NCBI GenBank assembly: GCA_042219045.1
Contig: JBDGQO010000065.1
Location: 1 to 50,719 of the forward strand
Direction of reading: 5' to 3'
DNA: 50,719 bases
Origin: Candidatus Bipolaricaulia bacterium
Lineage (GTDB): Bacteria; Bipolaricaulota; Bipolaricaulia; RBG-16-55-9
Shown here: positions 1-9,706 of the stretch, piece after piece
How positions within the stretch are numbered: the stretch's first letter is position 1
How the letters are laid out: the number at the start of each line of letters is the position of its first letter
The notes under the pieces: generated by a model
Seen by the model: only the letters and a program-made list of their open reading frames with translations
What the model was told of the DNA's origin: nothing
Database searches by the model: none
Made by a program: the position numbers and the translations under genes

Positions 1-191
1 TAGATACGACCGTCGCTGGCGACCGTCACGCCTTCGGGCGCGTCGAACTGGCCTGGTTCTCCACCAGGTGTCCCCCATGCCTGGACGAACTCGAACGTCG
101 GGGCTGGTTGGGCCCAGCCGATGGCGAACGCTACGAAGCAGAGCATCAGCGCGCTGAGCAGTCCACGCCGGCGGATCGGGGTCGAGATCAT
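1..191 (-). CDS. Secreted NHL-repeat (beta-propeller) protein, N-terminal part; runs off the window start
   Basis: Not in the ORF track. AGGAGGAGG RBS, then ATG at 191: MISTPIRRRGLLSALMLCFVAFAIGWAQ (signal peptide) ... WGTPGGEPGQFDAPEGVTVASDGRI (NHL-repeat pattern). Confidence 0.8.
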   Translation of the reverse strand, partial: MISTPIRRRGLLSALMLCFVAFAIGWAQPAPTFEFVQAWGTPGGEPGQFDAPEGVTVASDGRI

Positions 192-361
192 GCCATCAGT
201 CCTCCTCCTGTCAGGCTCCAAGCCCCGAGCAGGGTAGACGACGTGACGGATGGCGCACAACGGCTCGCCGCGAGTGCCCATGCCACTTGACGTTCGAGAC
301 GAGCTCGTCGCGTACGGGGTGCGACACGATGGTCAATGGGCCGTTCGCAACGTGATCGATC

Positions 362-1213
362 TCATGGCGATAGCTCCGAATCGCTGCCCGCCAGGTATGC
401 CTCCTGGACCTGCGGGTCGTCGGCGATCGTCACGGGGTCGCCTTCGGCGATCTTGCGCCCGAAGTGGATGACCAACACTCTGTCAACGAGCCTCATCAAG
501 CCTTGCATGTTGTGGTCGACCAACACCATCGTCCGGCCCTCGTCGCGCAGCTCGGCAAGGGTGCCGCTCAGTCGCTCGACTTCGTCGCTTGTGAGCCCGG
601 CAAAGGGTTCGTCCAGCAGGATGACTTTCGGGTCGGACGCCAGCGCACGAGCAATTTCCAGCTGCCGCAGTCCCGCTTGGGGGAGGACGTCGGGAGACGT
701 CTCCCAACAGGCACAGCCACGCCCGTCCGTGGATGGCTCGTGGTCGAGCACGTGGCAAAGCCCGACCCGTGCGCAGAGCTCGGAAATCTTGGCGTGCTCG
801 CGACGGATGCGTTGCCCGAAGAGCGCGTTCGGCAGCAGCGCGATCTCCACGTTCTCCGCGACGCTTTTGTGGTGGAAGGGACGGGGCGTCTGGAACGTCC
901 GCGTAATGCCGGCATTGACGACACGATGCGTCGGCCAGCCGGTGATGTCGACGCCGTCCAGGCAGATGCGACCGGCGTCGGGGAGGTGAGCGCCGCTGAT
1001 CAGGCGAAATACCGTCGTCTTGCCCGCGCCGTTCGGGCCGATGAAGCCGAGGATCTCGCCCGGCGCGACGTCGAAGGACAGCGCCTGGACGGCTTGGAGG
1101 CCGCCGAAGGCCTTGTTGAGCTCCGTCACGGCCAGCATCGCCTGGGTCCGCGCCTCGCCCGGATCCGGTTGGCGATGCGGCGGGGCCCTGTTTGTCTTGG
1201 CGTCCGTAACCAT
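362..1213 (-). CDS. LivG-type branched-chain amino acid ABC transporter ATP-binding protein
   Basis: Walker A GPNGAGKT, TRTFQ, LEIARALA, Walker B ILLDEPFAGL, C-terminal DPQVQEAYL. Start may be the ATG at 1138. Confidence 0.9.
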   Translation of the reverse strand: MVTDAKTNRAPPHRQPDPGEARTQAMLAVTELNKAFGGLQAVQALSFDVAPGEILGFIGPNGAGKTTVFRLISGAHLPDAGRICLDGVDITGWPTHRVVNAGITRTFQTPRPFHHKSVAENVEIALLPNALFGQRIRREHAKISELCARVGLCHVLDHEPSTDGRGCACWETSPDVLPQAGLRQLEIARALASDPKVILLDEPFAGLTSDEVERLSGTLAELRDEGRTMVLVDHNMQGLMRLVDRVLVIHFGRKIAEGDPVTIADDPQVQEAYLAGSDSELSP

Positions 1214-1328
1214 TGCGCCACCCCAAGCTAGGATAGCGCATCGCGCCCGCTCGAGCGAACCGCTTGTCGGATGCTCGCGGATCGCTTTATGATGGGCGCA
1301 AGCGCAAAATAAAGGGGGGACGCCGGGG

Positions 1329-2831
1329 ATGAACCTCGCACGACTGCTCGATCAAACGGCGGATCAGCATGCGGAGCGCCTGGCGGTTGTTTTCGAGAAC
1401 GAGGAGCTGAGCTACGCGGATCTGGCGGAGACCTCGAGTCGCTTTGCTGGGGGACTCCAGCGCATGGGCGTCGAGCCGGGCGACCGCGTCGGCGTGCACT
1501 TGCCCAACCTGCCCCAGTTCGTCATTGCGATTTGGGGCATCATGAAAGCTGGCGCCGTGCCGACGCCGATGAACCCGCAACTCCGTCGCCGCGAGATCGG
1601 CTATCAACTGCGCGACGCCGGGGCGAAGCTGCTGATCGGGCTCGTGCAGTACATCGACGAGATCGAGGCCGCGGCCGAGGACGTCGGGGGCATCCCCTTG
1701 GTCACCGTCGGCGGCGAGAGCGACCACACGCGCTTCCGGGAAGTGCTCAGCGCCCCTGCGATCGTCGTCGACCGCGACGACGATGACATCGCGCTCCAGC
1801 CCTACACCAGCGGCACGACGGGCCTTCCGAAGGGCGTGTTGCTCACCCACGGCAACCTGGTCTCCAACGCCCGCGCCATCAGCGATCTCAATCCGCTCCC
1901 CCCGGAAAACGATTGCGTGCTCGTCCCGATTCCCATGTTCCACATCACGGGGATGACGGTCATGATGCTGTCCCCGCTCACTCGCGGCGCCACCGTCTAT
2001 CCCATGCTCCAGTGGGACGCCGCCGAGGCGATGCGCCTGATCGAGCAGTACCGCATCAACGACTTCCTCGCCGTTCCGACGATCTATATCGACATGCTGC
2101 GCCATCCCGGCGTCACCCAGACCGACTTCTCCTCGTTGGAGGTCTGCATCTCGGGTGGCGCGAAGCTGCCGGTGCCTGTCATGCAGAAGTTCGACCAGCT
2201 CGGCGTCCCCATCTACGAAGGTTACGGGCTGACCGAAACCTCGCCCGTGACGCACACGAACCTGGCCGCGCCGGAGCGCATCCCGGGCTCGATCGGCTGG
2301 GCCATCCCAGGGACCGAGTGCAAGATCGTCGACCAGACAGGCCGAGAGCTCTCGACGGGCGAGACGGGCGAGCTCTGCATCCGCGGCCCCCAAGTCATGA
2401 AGGGCTATCACAACCAACCGAAGGCCAATGCCGGCTCGTTCGACGACGAGGGGTTTTTCTACACGGGGGATCTGGCCCAAGTCGACGAGCACGGCTACTT
2501 CTACATCCTCGACCGCGTAAAGGACATGATCAATCCGGGCGGGTTCAACGTCTACCCCAAGGAGGTCGAGCAGGTGCTCTACGAGCACGATGCCGTTGCC
2601 GAGTGTGCCATCGTTGGCGTCCCCGACGAGCGCAAGGGCGAAACCGTCAAGGCGTTCGTCGTGCCCAACGGTCAGCACGAGCCCTCCGAGGACCTGGCGG
2701 AAGATCTGAAAAGCCACTGTCTGCGCGAGATTGCGCCGTACAAGCATCCGCGCACGATTGAGTTCGTCGGCGAGCTGCCGAAGACGGCATCCGGCAAGAT
2801 TCAGAAGTATCGCCTGCGACACGAAGGTTGA
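1329..2831 (+). CDS. Long-chain fatty acid-CoA ligase (AMP-binding family)
   Basis: YTSGTTGLPKG, EGYGLTETSP, YTGD, LPKTASGKI motifs. Confidence 0.92.
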   Translation: MNLARLLDQTADQHAERLAVVFENEELSYADLAETSSRFAGGLQRMGVEPGDRVGVHLPNLPQFVIAIWGIMKAGAVPTPMNPQLRRREIGYQLRDAGAKLLIGLVQYIDEIEAAAEDVGGIPLVTVGGESDHTRFREVLSAPAIVVDRDDDDIALQPYTSGTTGLPKGVLLTHGNLVSNARAISDLNPLPPENDCVLVPIPMFHITGMTVMMLSPLTRGATVYPMLQWDAAEAMRLIEQYRINDFLAVPTIYIDMLRHPGVTQTDFSSLEVCISGGAKLPVPVMQKFDQLGVPIYEGYGLTETSPVTHTNLAAPERIPGSIGWAIPGTECKIVDQTGRELSTGETGELCIRGPQVMKGYHNQPKANAGSFDDEGFFYTGDLAQVDEHGYFYILDRVKDMINPGGFNVYPKEVEQVLYEHDAVAECAIVGVPDERKGETVKAFVVPNGQHEPSEDLAEDLKSHCLREIAPYKHPRTIEFVGELPKTASGKIQKYRLRHEG

Positions 2832-2839
2832 CGGGCCGG

Positions 2840-2867
2840 TTGCGACGGAGGTCGAGCGCGCTATAAT
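2840..2867 (+). promoter_or_regulatory. Sigma70-type promoter for the small ORF at 2935
   Basis: TTGCGA-16 nt-TATAAT. Confidence 0.6.
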
Positions 2868-2934
2868 AGCAGCGTCGCAAGCTTTTTGCTAATTGCGCCA
2901 GTAAGGCCGCGAGACGTGAAGGAGGCGATTCGTC

Positions 2935-3072
2935 ATGGCCAAGCGATGGAAGGCCCCGAAGGGGGTCGGCGTCGTCTACAAGGGCAAGGGATTCCGGAAG
3001 AAAGCGAACCCCGGCGACCGGGGTTCCGACAGCGAGGCCGACGACAAGGAATCCGAGGCCGAAGACGAGTAA
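2935..3072 (+). CDS. Small 45-aa protein with basic N-terminus and acidic C-terminus
   Basis: AAGGAGG RBS, MAKRWKAPKGVGVVYKGKGFRKKANPGDRGSDSEADDKESEAEDE*, with upstream promoter and downstream terminator. Confidence 0.75.
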   Translation: MAKRWKAPKGVGVVYKGKGFRKKANPGDRGSDSEADDKESEAEDE

Positions 3073-3102
3073 GCCATCGATCTCCATAGATGGACCAGTG
3101 TC

Positions 3103-3134
3103 AGGGAGCGGCCCACCCGCTCCCTTTGTTGTTT
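3103..3134 (+). terminator. Rho-independent terminator
   Basis: AGGGAGCGG-loop-CCGCTCCCT followed by TTGTTGTTT. Confidence 0.7.
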
Positions 3135-3163
3135 CTGTTGTTTCCAGCATAAGGGGGGACCAC

Positions 3164-3577
3164 ATGCACGTCGCGCGCAACGATCATCGCCAGATCGTGG
3201 CTCGGCTTGAAGACGGCGAGGACTTGAAAACTCAGCTGGCGTCATTGGGAATCGATGCCGGTGCGTTCGTCTCGGGCATCGGCATGCTCCGCGATGTGAC
3301 GCTGGCGTACTGGAACGGCGAGGAGTACGTGCAGCACTCGGTGGCGTCGCCCACAGAACTGTTGACGCTGCAGGGCAACTTTTCCCTCAAGGAGGGCCAA
3401 TCGTTCGTCCATTGCCACGTCACATTGGGCCATGAGGACGGCACCGTAGAAGGCGGACACTTGATGGACGCCACCGTCAACATCACGAACGAGATCGTCA
3501 TCCAGGAGCTTCCGGGGATCGAGATGAATCGGAAGCCCGAATTGGGCCTGTGGGGGCTGTTCCCCACCGAAAGCTGA
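3164..3577 (+). CDS. PPC-domain (DUF296) protein
   Basis: RLEDGEDL, SGIGML, ELLTLQGN, HCHVTLG, GGHL. Start set at ATG 3164 after a G-rich RBS. Confidence 0.88.
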   Translation: MHVARNDHRQIVARLEDGEDLKTQLASLGIDAGAFVSGIGMLRDVTLAYWNGEEYVQHSVASPTELLTLQGNFSLKEGQSFVHCHVTLGHEDGTVEGGHLMDATVNITNEIVIQELPGIEMNRKPELGLWGLFPTES

Positions 3578-3591
3578 CAACGGAGGTTGGC

Positions 3592-3924
3592 GTGGGAACC
3601 GTCACGTTCGACGACTTCGGCAAGTTCGACATCCGCATCGGGACGATCACGAACGCCGAGCCCGTCGAACGAGCCGATAAGCTGCTCAAGCTGACCGTGG
3701 ACACGGGCGAGTCGGAACTTCGCCAATTGGTGGCCGGCATCGCGGAGGCGTACACGGCGGATCAGGTGATTGGCCGCCAGATCCCGGTGTTGACCAATCT
3801 CGAGCCGAAGACGATCCGCGGTGTGGAGAGCCAGGGGATGATCCTCTGTCCCGCCGACGGCGCCGGGACGCCCGTCTTGCTCCGTCCGGATCGGGAGCTT
3901 AAACCCGGCGCGAAGCTCCAATAG
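3592..3924 (+). CDS. Stand-alone tRNA-binding OB-fold protein (Trbp111/CsaA/MetRS C-terminal type)
   Basis: FDDFGKFDIRIGTI, ADKLLKLTVDTG, RQLVAGI, NLEPKTIRGVESQGMIL. GTG start after GGAGG. Confidence 0.9.
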   Translation: MGTVTFDDFGKFDIRIGTITNAEPVERADKLLKLTVDTGESELRQLVAGIAEAYTADQVIGRQIPVLTNLEPKTIRGVESQGMILCPADGAGTPVLLRPDRELKPGAKLQ

Positions 3925-3940
3925 CCGTTGCGACGAGTCG

Positions 3941-6022
3941 CTAGGCGTTGCCGTTCGTCGAAGTGCCGTCCTCGCCCATGGCGGCGGCGACGAGCTCGGC
4001 GATGTCGCGGTCCTCGACGGGCGCGTCGTTGCCCTTGATGCCGTCCTCCATCATCGTCATGCAGAACGGACAGGCCGTGGCGACCGTGCTGGGATCGACG
4101 TCCATGGCCTGTTGGACACGGCGGTCGTTGACGCGCTTGCTCGTCTCCTCCTCGACCCACATCATGCCGCCGCCGGCGCCGCAGCACATCCCTTGCTCGC
4201 GGCTCCGCTCCATCTCCACGCGATCGACGCCCGGGATGGCATCGATCGCGCGGCGCTGTGGGTCGAAGACGTCGTTGTAGCGCCCGAGATAGCAGGAGTC
4301 GTGATACGTGATCGTCTCCTCGAGCTCCTCGGTCATCGTCAGTCGGCCCTCTTGGATCAACTGATCGATCAGTTCCGTGTGATGGACGACCTCGTAGTGT
4401 CCGCCCATTTCAGGGTACTCGTTTTTGAACGTGTTGAAGCAGTGCGGGCAGAGCGTAAGGATCTTATCCACATCGTAGTTGTCAAAGATCGAGATCAGTT
4501 GTTCAGCCTGAATTTGGAACAGATATTCGTGACCCATGCGCCGGGCGGCATCGCCGTTGCAGGTCTCCTCCTCGCCCAGAATGGCGTAGGAGATGCCCGC
4601 ATGGTCCATGATCTTCACCATGGCCTGGGCGGTGCTGTGGTTGCGCGGCTCGAACGCCGTGGCGCAGCCGACGAAGAACAGATACTCGACCTCGCTCGGC
4701 TCCCCGCCATTGTCGACGATCTCGCTCATGATTGGAACGTCGAGGTTTTTCGTCCAGTCGAGCCGGGCATCCGGGGTCATGTTCCAAGGGTTGCCGCGGC
4801 CGTCGTAGCCCTTGAAGACTTCCGTGAACGTCTCCGGGTACTGATCCTGCATCATGACCTCATTGCGCCGCAGTTGCAGGATCTTATCGAGGGGATCAAT
4901 GTAGACGGGACAGGCCTCCACACAGGCCATACACGACGTGCAGGCCCAGATTTCCTCCGGATCGATGGACAGCCCCATGACGCGCTGCTCTTCTTGGCCT
5001 TGCCCTAGGATGGGCGACTCGGCGGCGGCCTGGTCGCGCATCTTGACGACGATCTCGCGCGGCGACAGCAGTTTGCCGGCGTAATCCGCCGGGCAGGCGT
5101 CTTCGCAGCGCCCGCACTCGGTGCAGCTGTCCAGATCGAGCAGGTCCTTCTTCGTCAAATCGGCCACGGTCTCCACGCCGAGGTTGTCGTCGTTCTCGAA
5201 TGCCGCCTCGATGTCGATCGGCCGCAGTTCTCCCTGGGGGCGCATGTCCTGGAACACCGTGTTGACCGCTGCGGTCAGGATGTGCATGACCTTGGGGGCG
5301 AACGGAACCGCTGCCACCCAGCAGACCGCCACCACGCCGTGGAACCACCAGATGGCGCGATGCCAGCCCCGCAAGACCTCCGGCTCGAACGACGCCCACA
5401 GAGCGCTGAAGCCATAACCGACGGGCGACCAGCCCGGGTTGTAGGGAAGCTCTGAGGCTGTTGCCGCCAGGCGCATCCCCTCGACGACGAACCCCGTTAG
5501 CCCGATGACCAACAACGAGACAGGCAAGGCCAAGTCCAGAGGCTTCCAGTCCAGTTGGGACAATTTCAAGCCATAGCGCCGCCATAGGGCCATCACGAGT
5601 CCCACCAGAAAGAGCGCGCCCATCGTGTCGAGCACGATCTCGTAGCCGAGGAAGAACGATCCGAACCAGAAGCCGTGCTCTTGGCCGAGAAGCTTCTGGA
5701 AGATGTCGTACTCGATGGCGATGATGACCGTGCCGATAAAGAGCACGATAAAGCCCCACATGACGAGAAAGTGCATCACGCCGGCACGGAGATGGCGCTT
5801 TGCGATGCTCTGGTTGAGCGCGAGATCAAGCAGTCGCCGCCCGGCGCCTGCCAGCGCCGCGCGCCACGATGCCTCACTCGGCTTGCCGCGGCGAATGCGG
5901 TCGATGTGCCGCCAGACCCCGTAGAGAAAGATCAAGGTGGTAACGAGCCCGAGGATGACAAAGATCGTCTCGCCGAGCGGGGAGATGTTCCAGAAGACTT
6001 CGCGGGTGACTGCCTCGTTCAT
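3941..6022 (-). CDS. Heterodisulfide-reductase-related membrane Fe-S oxidoreductase (FadF-like)
   Basis: N-terminal NarI-like TM domain, [12 protein letters not shown] and [12 protein letters not shown] ferredoxin motifs, CCG domains ([21 protein letters not shown]). Confidence 0.9.
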   Translation of the reverse strand: MNEAVTREVFWNISPLGETIFVILGLVTTLIFLYGVWRHIDRIRRGKPSEASWRAALAGAGRRLLDLALNQSIAKRHLRAGVMHFLVMWGFIVLFIGTVIIAIEYDIFQKLLGQEHGFWFGSFFLGYEIVLDTMGALFLVGLVMALWRRYGLKLSQLDWKPLDLALPVSLLVIGLTGFVVEGMRLAATASELPYNPGWSPVGYGFSALWASFEPEVLRGWHRAIWWFHGVVAVCWVAAVPFAPKVMHILTAAVNTVFQDMRPQGELRPIDIEAAFENDDNLGVETVADLTKKDLLDLDSCTECGRCEDACPADYAGKLLSPREIVVKMRDQAAAESPILGQGQEEQRVMGLSIDPEEIWACTSCMACVEACPVYIDPLDKILQLRRNEVMMQDQYPETFTEVFKGYDGRGNPWNMTPDARLDWTKNLDVPIMSEIVDNGGEPSEVEYLFFVGCATAFEPRNHSTAQAMVKIMDHAGISYAILGEEETCNGDAARRMGHEYLFQIQAEQLISIFDNYDVDKILTLCPHCFNTFKNEYPEMGGHYEVVHHTELIDQLIQEGRLTMTEELEETITYHDSCYLGRYNDVFDPQRRAIDAIPGVDRVEMERSREQGMCCGAGGGMMWVEEETSKRVNDRRVQQAMDVDPSTVATACPFCMTMMEDGIKGNDAPVEDRDIAELVAAAMGEDGTSTNGNA

Positions 6023-6141
6023 GTCGCCTCCCTGGCTGTCATCGATGGCGTCTGCTTGGGCCACCGAGGGTGCTGGGTCGCGTGGTGCGTCCCGATCGAT
6101 GGGGGGACAAAAGGCGACCGCTGGATTCTAAAATTGGCGGC

Positions 6142-6216
6142 AGTGTAGGCTCGAGTGCGAGCGGGTGTCAACCCGACGGAGCCGAGTTGACACCTTCCTA
6201 AGGATCGGCCTAATCT
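6142..6216. promoter_or_regulatory. Symmetric divergent sigma70 promoters
   Basis: Minus TTGACA(6171-6166)-18-TACACT; plus TTGACA(6187-6192)-18-TAATCT. The -35 boxes lie in the inverted repeat GGTGTCAAC...GTTGACACC. Confidence 0.6.
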
Positions 6217-6227
6217 ATTTTGGGGAT

Positions 6228-6875
6228 ATGACTCGAGCCGCGGTCGATGCGACACGCATCCGGAAAATCTACGACCAGCTCGCACCGAGCTATGATCGCC
6301 GTGAGGCGCTTGTAGAGTGGGCTCTGATTCGTCGCCAGCGTCGGCGCTTGCTTAGTTGGGCGGGGGGCGAGACGCTTGAAGTCGGGATCGGCACCGGGCG
6401 AAGCCTGCCCCATTATCCTGCGGACTGTCGGATTACCGGCATCGACCTCTCAGAGGCGATGCTACGGGGCGCGCACGAGCGATCCTTGAAGCTCGGCCGC
6501 GAGGTGGATCTGTGGCAGATGGATGCCCATGAGACCGACTTTGCCGACGGACGATTCGACACGGTCGTGAGCAACCTGACCGTGTGCACGTTCATCGACC
6601 CTATCCAGGCGCTAGCGGAGATGGGGCGGGTGACCAAGCCGCAGGGTCGCATCCTCCTCCTGGAGCACGGGCGAAGCCGCCACCGCGGCGTGTCCTGGGT
6701 GTTGGATCGCCTCGAGGCCGCGTCGGTCGATCGCCACGGGTGTCATCCCAATCGAAACGTCATCGCGCTGGCCCAGGCGGCCGGCTTGATCGTGCTCCGC
6801 GCGGACCGTCACCTGTCTGGGCTGATCCAAATAGTCCGCGCCCGCCCGCCGGAGCCGATGCACGCCCTTCGCTGA
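6228..6875 (+). CDS. Class I SAM-dependent methyltransferase
   Basis: LEVGIGTG, GIDLSEAML, FDTVV, LLLEHG. Confidence 0.88.
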   Translation: MTRAAVDATRIRKIYDQLAPSYDRREALVEWALIRRQRRRLLSWAGGETLEVGIGTGRSLPHYPADCRITGIDLSEAMLRGAHERSLKLGREVDLWQMDAHETDFADGRFDTVVSNLTVCTFIDPIQALAEMGRVTKPQGRILLLEHGRSRHRGVSWVLDRLEAASVDRHGCHPNRNVIALAQAAGLIVLRADRHLSGLIQIVRARPPEPMHALR

Positions 6876-6977
6876 GGCCACATCGTGGCTTTCTGGGGCC
6901 CATCAGAAGCGTTGGGACGGCCACCGGACAGGCCGTTACGAGCAACGCTGAAATCATCCCGTTGTATCCAGTCTCAC

Positions 6978-9704
6978 CTAGAAGCGGGGACCAAGGTTGA
7001 CAAAGACCTTGGGAGCGTCCGTGTCGAAGCGGTAGGCCAGGCCTGCTCTGAGCGTGGCGTCGACCAAGCCGTAGCCGAGCGATATGTCCAGTCGGAACTC
7101 CGCGCCGGCGCTCAGCGTCGCCTCAGCTGGATTGAGTTCGTCGCCGGCGGTGCCGATGTCGACGAACAGGCTGCTGGCGAGCGTGTCGAGGAAGACCGGC
7201 CAGGGCGTCGCTCCGCAGCAGGCCCACTGGAGTCGCCAAACCGGAACGCGATAGTCGAAGCTGGCCCGCGCCAACTGGTGGCCGACCGCGACGCCGCGAG
7301 GGGCGCCCCGCAGGGGATAAGGCCCGCGAGCGCCTCCGAGACGGAACTGGTCCGTGTCGCTCCAAGCGGCTTGGACGTCGACGCTCAGCCGATGCGCCCC
7401 CGCCTCGCTCGACAGCGGCAGACGGAGATCTTCCTGCCAGCGCAGCTCCAGGCGATAACTGGGGGACTGCGGCGTGCCGATGAGCGTCCCTTCGACACGC
7501 ACCCGCGAGGTCCGCTCGAAGCGGCCAATGCCGCCGATGTCGCTAAGTCGGCCCTCCAAGAAGAACCGATTGTCGTCCGCCGTGTGGCGCCAGCCCAATG
7601 TCAGCGACCGGGTGCGACCCAGCTCGATCTGCAGGGGAAACCGCAATCGGACCGACTCTGTAGAGCCGGTCGGTCCGCCACGGAATCGGACGTTCAAGGC
7701 CGGGCGGATGCGTTCGTTGGTGTATTCGAAAGCGTAACGCAAATCGAGCGGCGAGATCCCGAGACCCAGGGACAGGCTGTACGCATGCTGGCCAAGGGGA
7801 TCGGCATTGCGGGTCTGAATGCCGACCTGATTTGGCGTCACGAGCGGCATCCAGTAACTCGGTATCAGATCGGTCCCGGGCCGGTACGGGGTGGTCGTGA
7901 CATCTTCGTTGACGATGGAACGGCGGTTGTCCGCCTCCGTTTCTTGCCCCCCATTGCTCGAGGAATCAATTCGAGTCCAGTTCGAGGGGTCATACGGCGA
8001 TGTCCGGATCGTGAATCCGGCGGTGCCGTAGCCGACGTACGCCAGTTGAGTCCCCGTCGGCGACACCGATGGGTCGAAGGCGCCCGCCGGGGCTTGCGTC
8101 ACTCGGAACGTCGCGTCGGTGTCAAGGTTGCGCGCGAAGACTTGGGGGATGCCTGCGCGGTCGTCGGCGTAAAGCAGCCAGCGGCCGTCGGGCGAGAAGG
8201 CCGGATCGCGGGCCTCGGATGGCCCGGAGACGAGCGTCGTCATGCGCTGTCCCCAGCGATCGAGCATGACGAGATCGGTTCCCGTCGATCGCCGCCAGAT
8301 GCTGAGGGCGAACCGCTCGCCGTCTGGCGCCACGTCCATGCTCAGCACGCGCGTGCTCGCGTCGAACGTGCGCAGGATTTGACGAACGGTGTCTTGGACC
8401 TCGCCTTCCGCGTTCCGGATCAGCTCGAGGACCATAAGCGACTGGCCCAAGTCGGGCTCGCTCCGCGTCACGAGGAAGCGGTTCGGATCGTTGGGAAAGG
8501 CCGCGACGGCCTCGATCCGCTCGTCGGTGGTGAGACGGCGTTCCATCTCCGAGTTGAGCCGATACTCGAACAGATCCATGACGTGCCGTCCGTTCGGGCC
8601 AAGGTGCGCCTTCGGATAGACGAGGGTGGTCGTCTGGGTCGGCCCGCTCTGGATTCGGCTCCACGCAGGCGGACCGATTTGGCCGTCGATCAGCGCTTGG
8701 TCGGTCGTGCCGTCGGCCGTTGCGAGCCGGAGACCAACCCGGCGCTCGGCATGCTCGTGCCGATAAGCCAGCGCCGTGCCGTCTGGCGCCCATGCCGGAT
8801 CCAGGCTGCGCCCGGATGGGCTGATCCGTTCAGCGGCCGGTCCGGCGCTGTCACGTTGGCGCGCGGCCTCCACGAGTTCTTGATAGTATCCCTCGGAGGA
8901 TAGGCCCGCTGTGACAAACAATGGATCCGCGATCAGCGGGATCAACGGACGCTCGGCGTATAGCTCACTCAGCCGCTGATGGATCGGGTCTTGACGCTCT
9001 TGTGGAATTTGTTGAAGCCAAGCGGCACCGAGCGCGCCGGCCGCAGTTCCAACGGGCAGGCCGTCGGCTCCCGTATGCGGAGCACTCAGGCCCGCAAGCG
9101 TCGGCCAAGTGCCCGCGTGGCGCCAGGCGCGAACGGCCATGTCGGGCATGGCGGTGTCGACGTTGTCGCCGTTGGCGAGCGCCAATCCCTCTCTCAGATA
9201 GAGCGGTTTCACGACACCGGGCGCGGCAATGGAGCCGACGACAGCCCGGAGGTCTTCGGAAAACCCGCCGACGCGCGTCTGATCGACGAGTTGGCCGTAG
9301 GCCTTGAAGACTTGATCCACAAGCCCAGACCCGTGCAGCGTCGTCCAGTCGTCCGTGCTCCGTGGTACGGGATGGTCGAGATAGATGACGGGTTGGGGAA
9401 GGACCTCGATGCGCGAACGAGGTCGGTCACGTCGATCGGACAGCACAATCGTCGGCGTCGTCGGCGGTGTGGCGCCCAGACGTTGTTGCCAGCGCTTGTG
9501 TGCCCGTGAGGCTGCAGCAGCCGCAATCCGAGCTGCTTCGGCCAAATCCGGCGTGTAGAGCACCCGCGCGTGTTCGGCATTCAGCTCTTGCCAATCGAGG
9601 CGAGGATTGGGGGCCCATGGCTTCTCCTCGCTGCCGATCGCCACCCCGGACAGGGCCACCACCAACAGAATGGCCAAGATCAAGAACCGACGTTGTGGAT
9701 TCAT
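6978..9704 (-). CDS. Exported protein with TolB/PD40-like propeller and putative C-terminal outer-membrane barrel (Omp85/TamA-like)
   Basis: Signal peptide; PAWAPDG, PAFSPDG, PSVSPTG repeats; amphipathic C-terminal strands ending in Phe; FRLGG..YPLRG motif. Confidence 0.65.
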   Translation of the reverse strand: MNPQRRFLILAILLVVALSGVAIGSEEKPWAPNPRLDWQELNAEHARVLYTPDLAEAARIAAAAASRAHKRWQQRLGATPPTTPTIVLSDRRDRPRSRIEVLPQPVIYLDHPVPRSTDDWTTLHGSGLVDQVFKAYGQLVDQTRVGGFSEDLRAVVGSIAAPGVVKPLYLREGLALANGDNVDTAMPDMAVRAWRHAGTWPTLAGLSAPHTGADGLPVGTAAGALGAAWLQQIPQERQDPIHQRLSELYAERPLIPLIADPLFVTAGLSSEGYYQELVEAARQRDSAGPAAERISPSGRSLDPAWAPDGTALAYRHEHAERRVGLRLATADGTTDQALIDGQIGPPAWSRIQSGPTQTTTLVYPKAHLGPNGRHVMDLFEYRLNSEMERRLTTDERIEAVAAFPNDPNRFLVTRSEPDLGQSLMVLELIRNAEGEVQDTVRQILRTFDASTRVLSMDVAPDGERFALSIWRRSTGTDLVMLDRWGQRMTTLVSGPSEARDPAFSPDGRWLLYADDRAGIPQVFARNLDTDATFRVTQAPAGAFDPSVSPTGTQLAYVGYGTAGFTIRTSPYDPSNWTRIDSSSNGGQETEADNRRSIVNEDVTTTPYRPGTDLIPSYWMPLVTPNQVGIQTRNADPLGQHAYSLSLGLGISPLDLRYAFEYTNERIRPALNVRFRGGPTGSTESVRLRFPLQIELGRTRSLTLGWRHTADDNRFFLEGRLSDIGGIGRFERTSRVRVEGTLIGTPQSPSYRLELRWQEDLRLPLSSEAGAHRLSVDVQAAWSDTDQFRLGGARGPYPLRGAPRGVAVGHQLARASFDYRVPVWRLQWACCGATPWPVFLDTLASSLFVDIGTAGDELNPAEATLSAGAEFRLDISLGYGLVDATLRAGLAYRFDTDAPKVFVNLGPRF

Positions 9705-9706
9705 GT

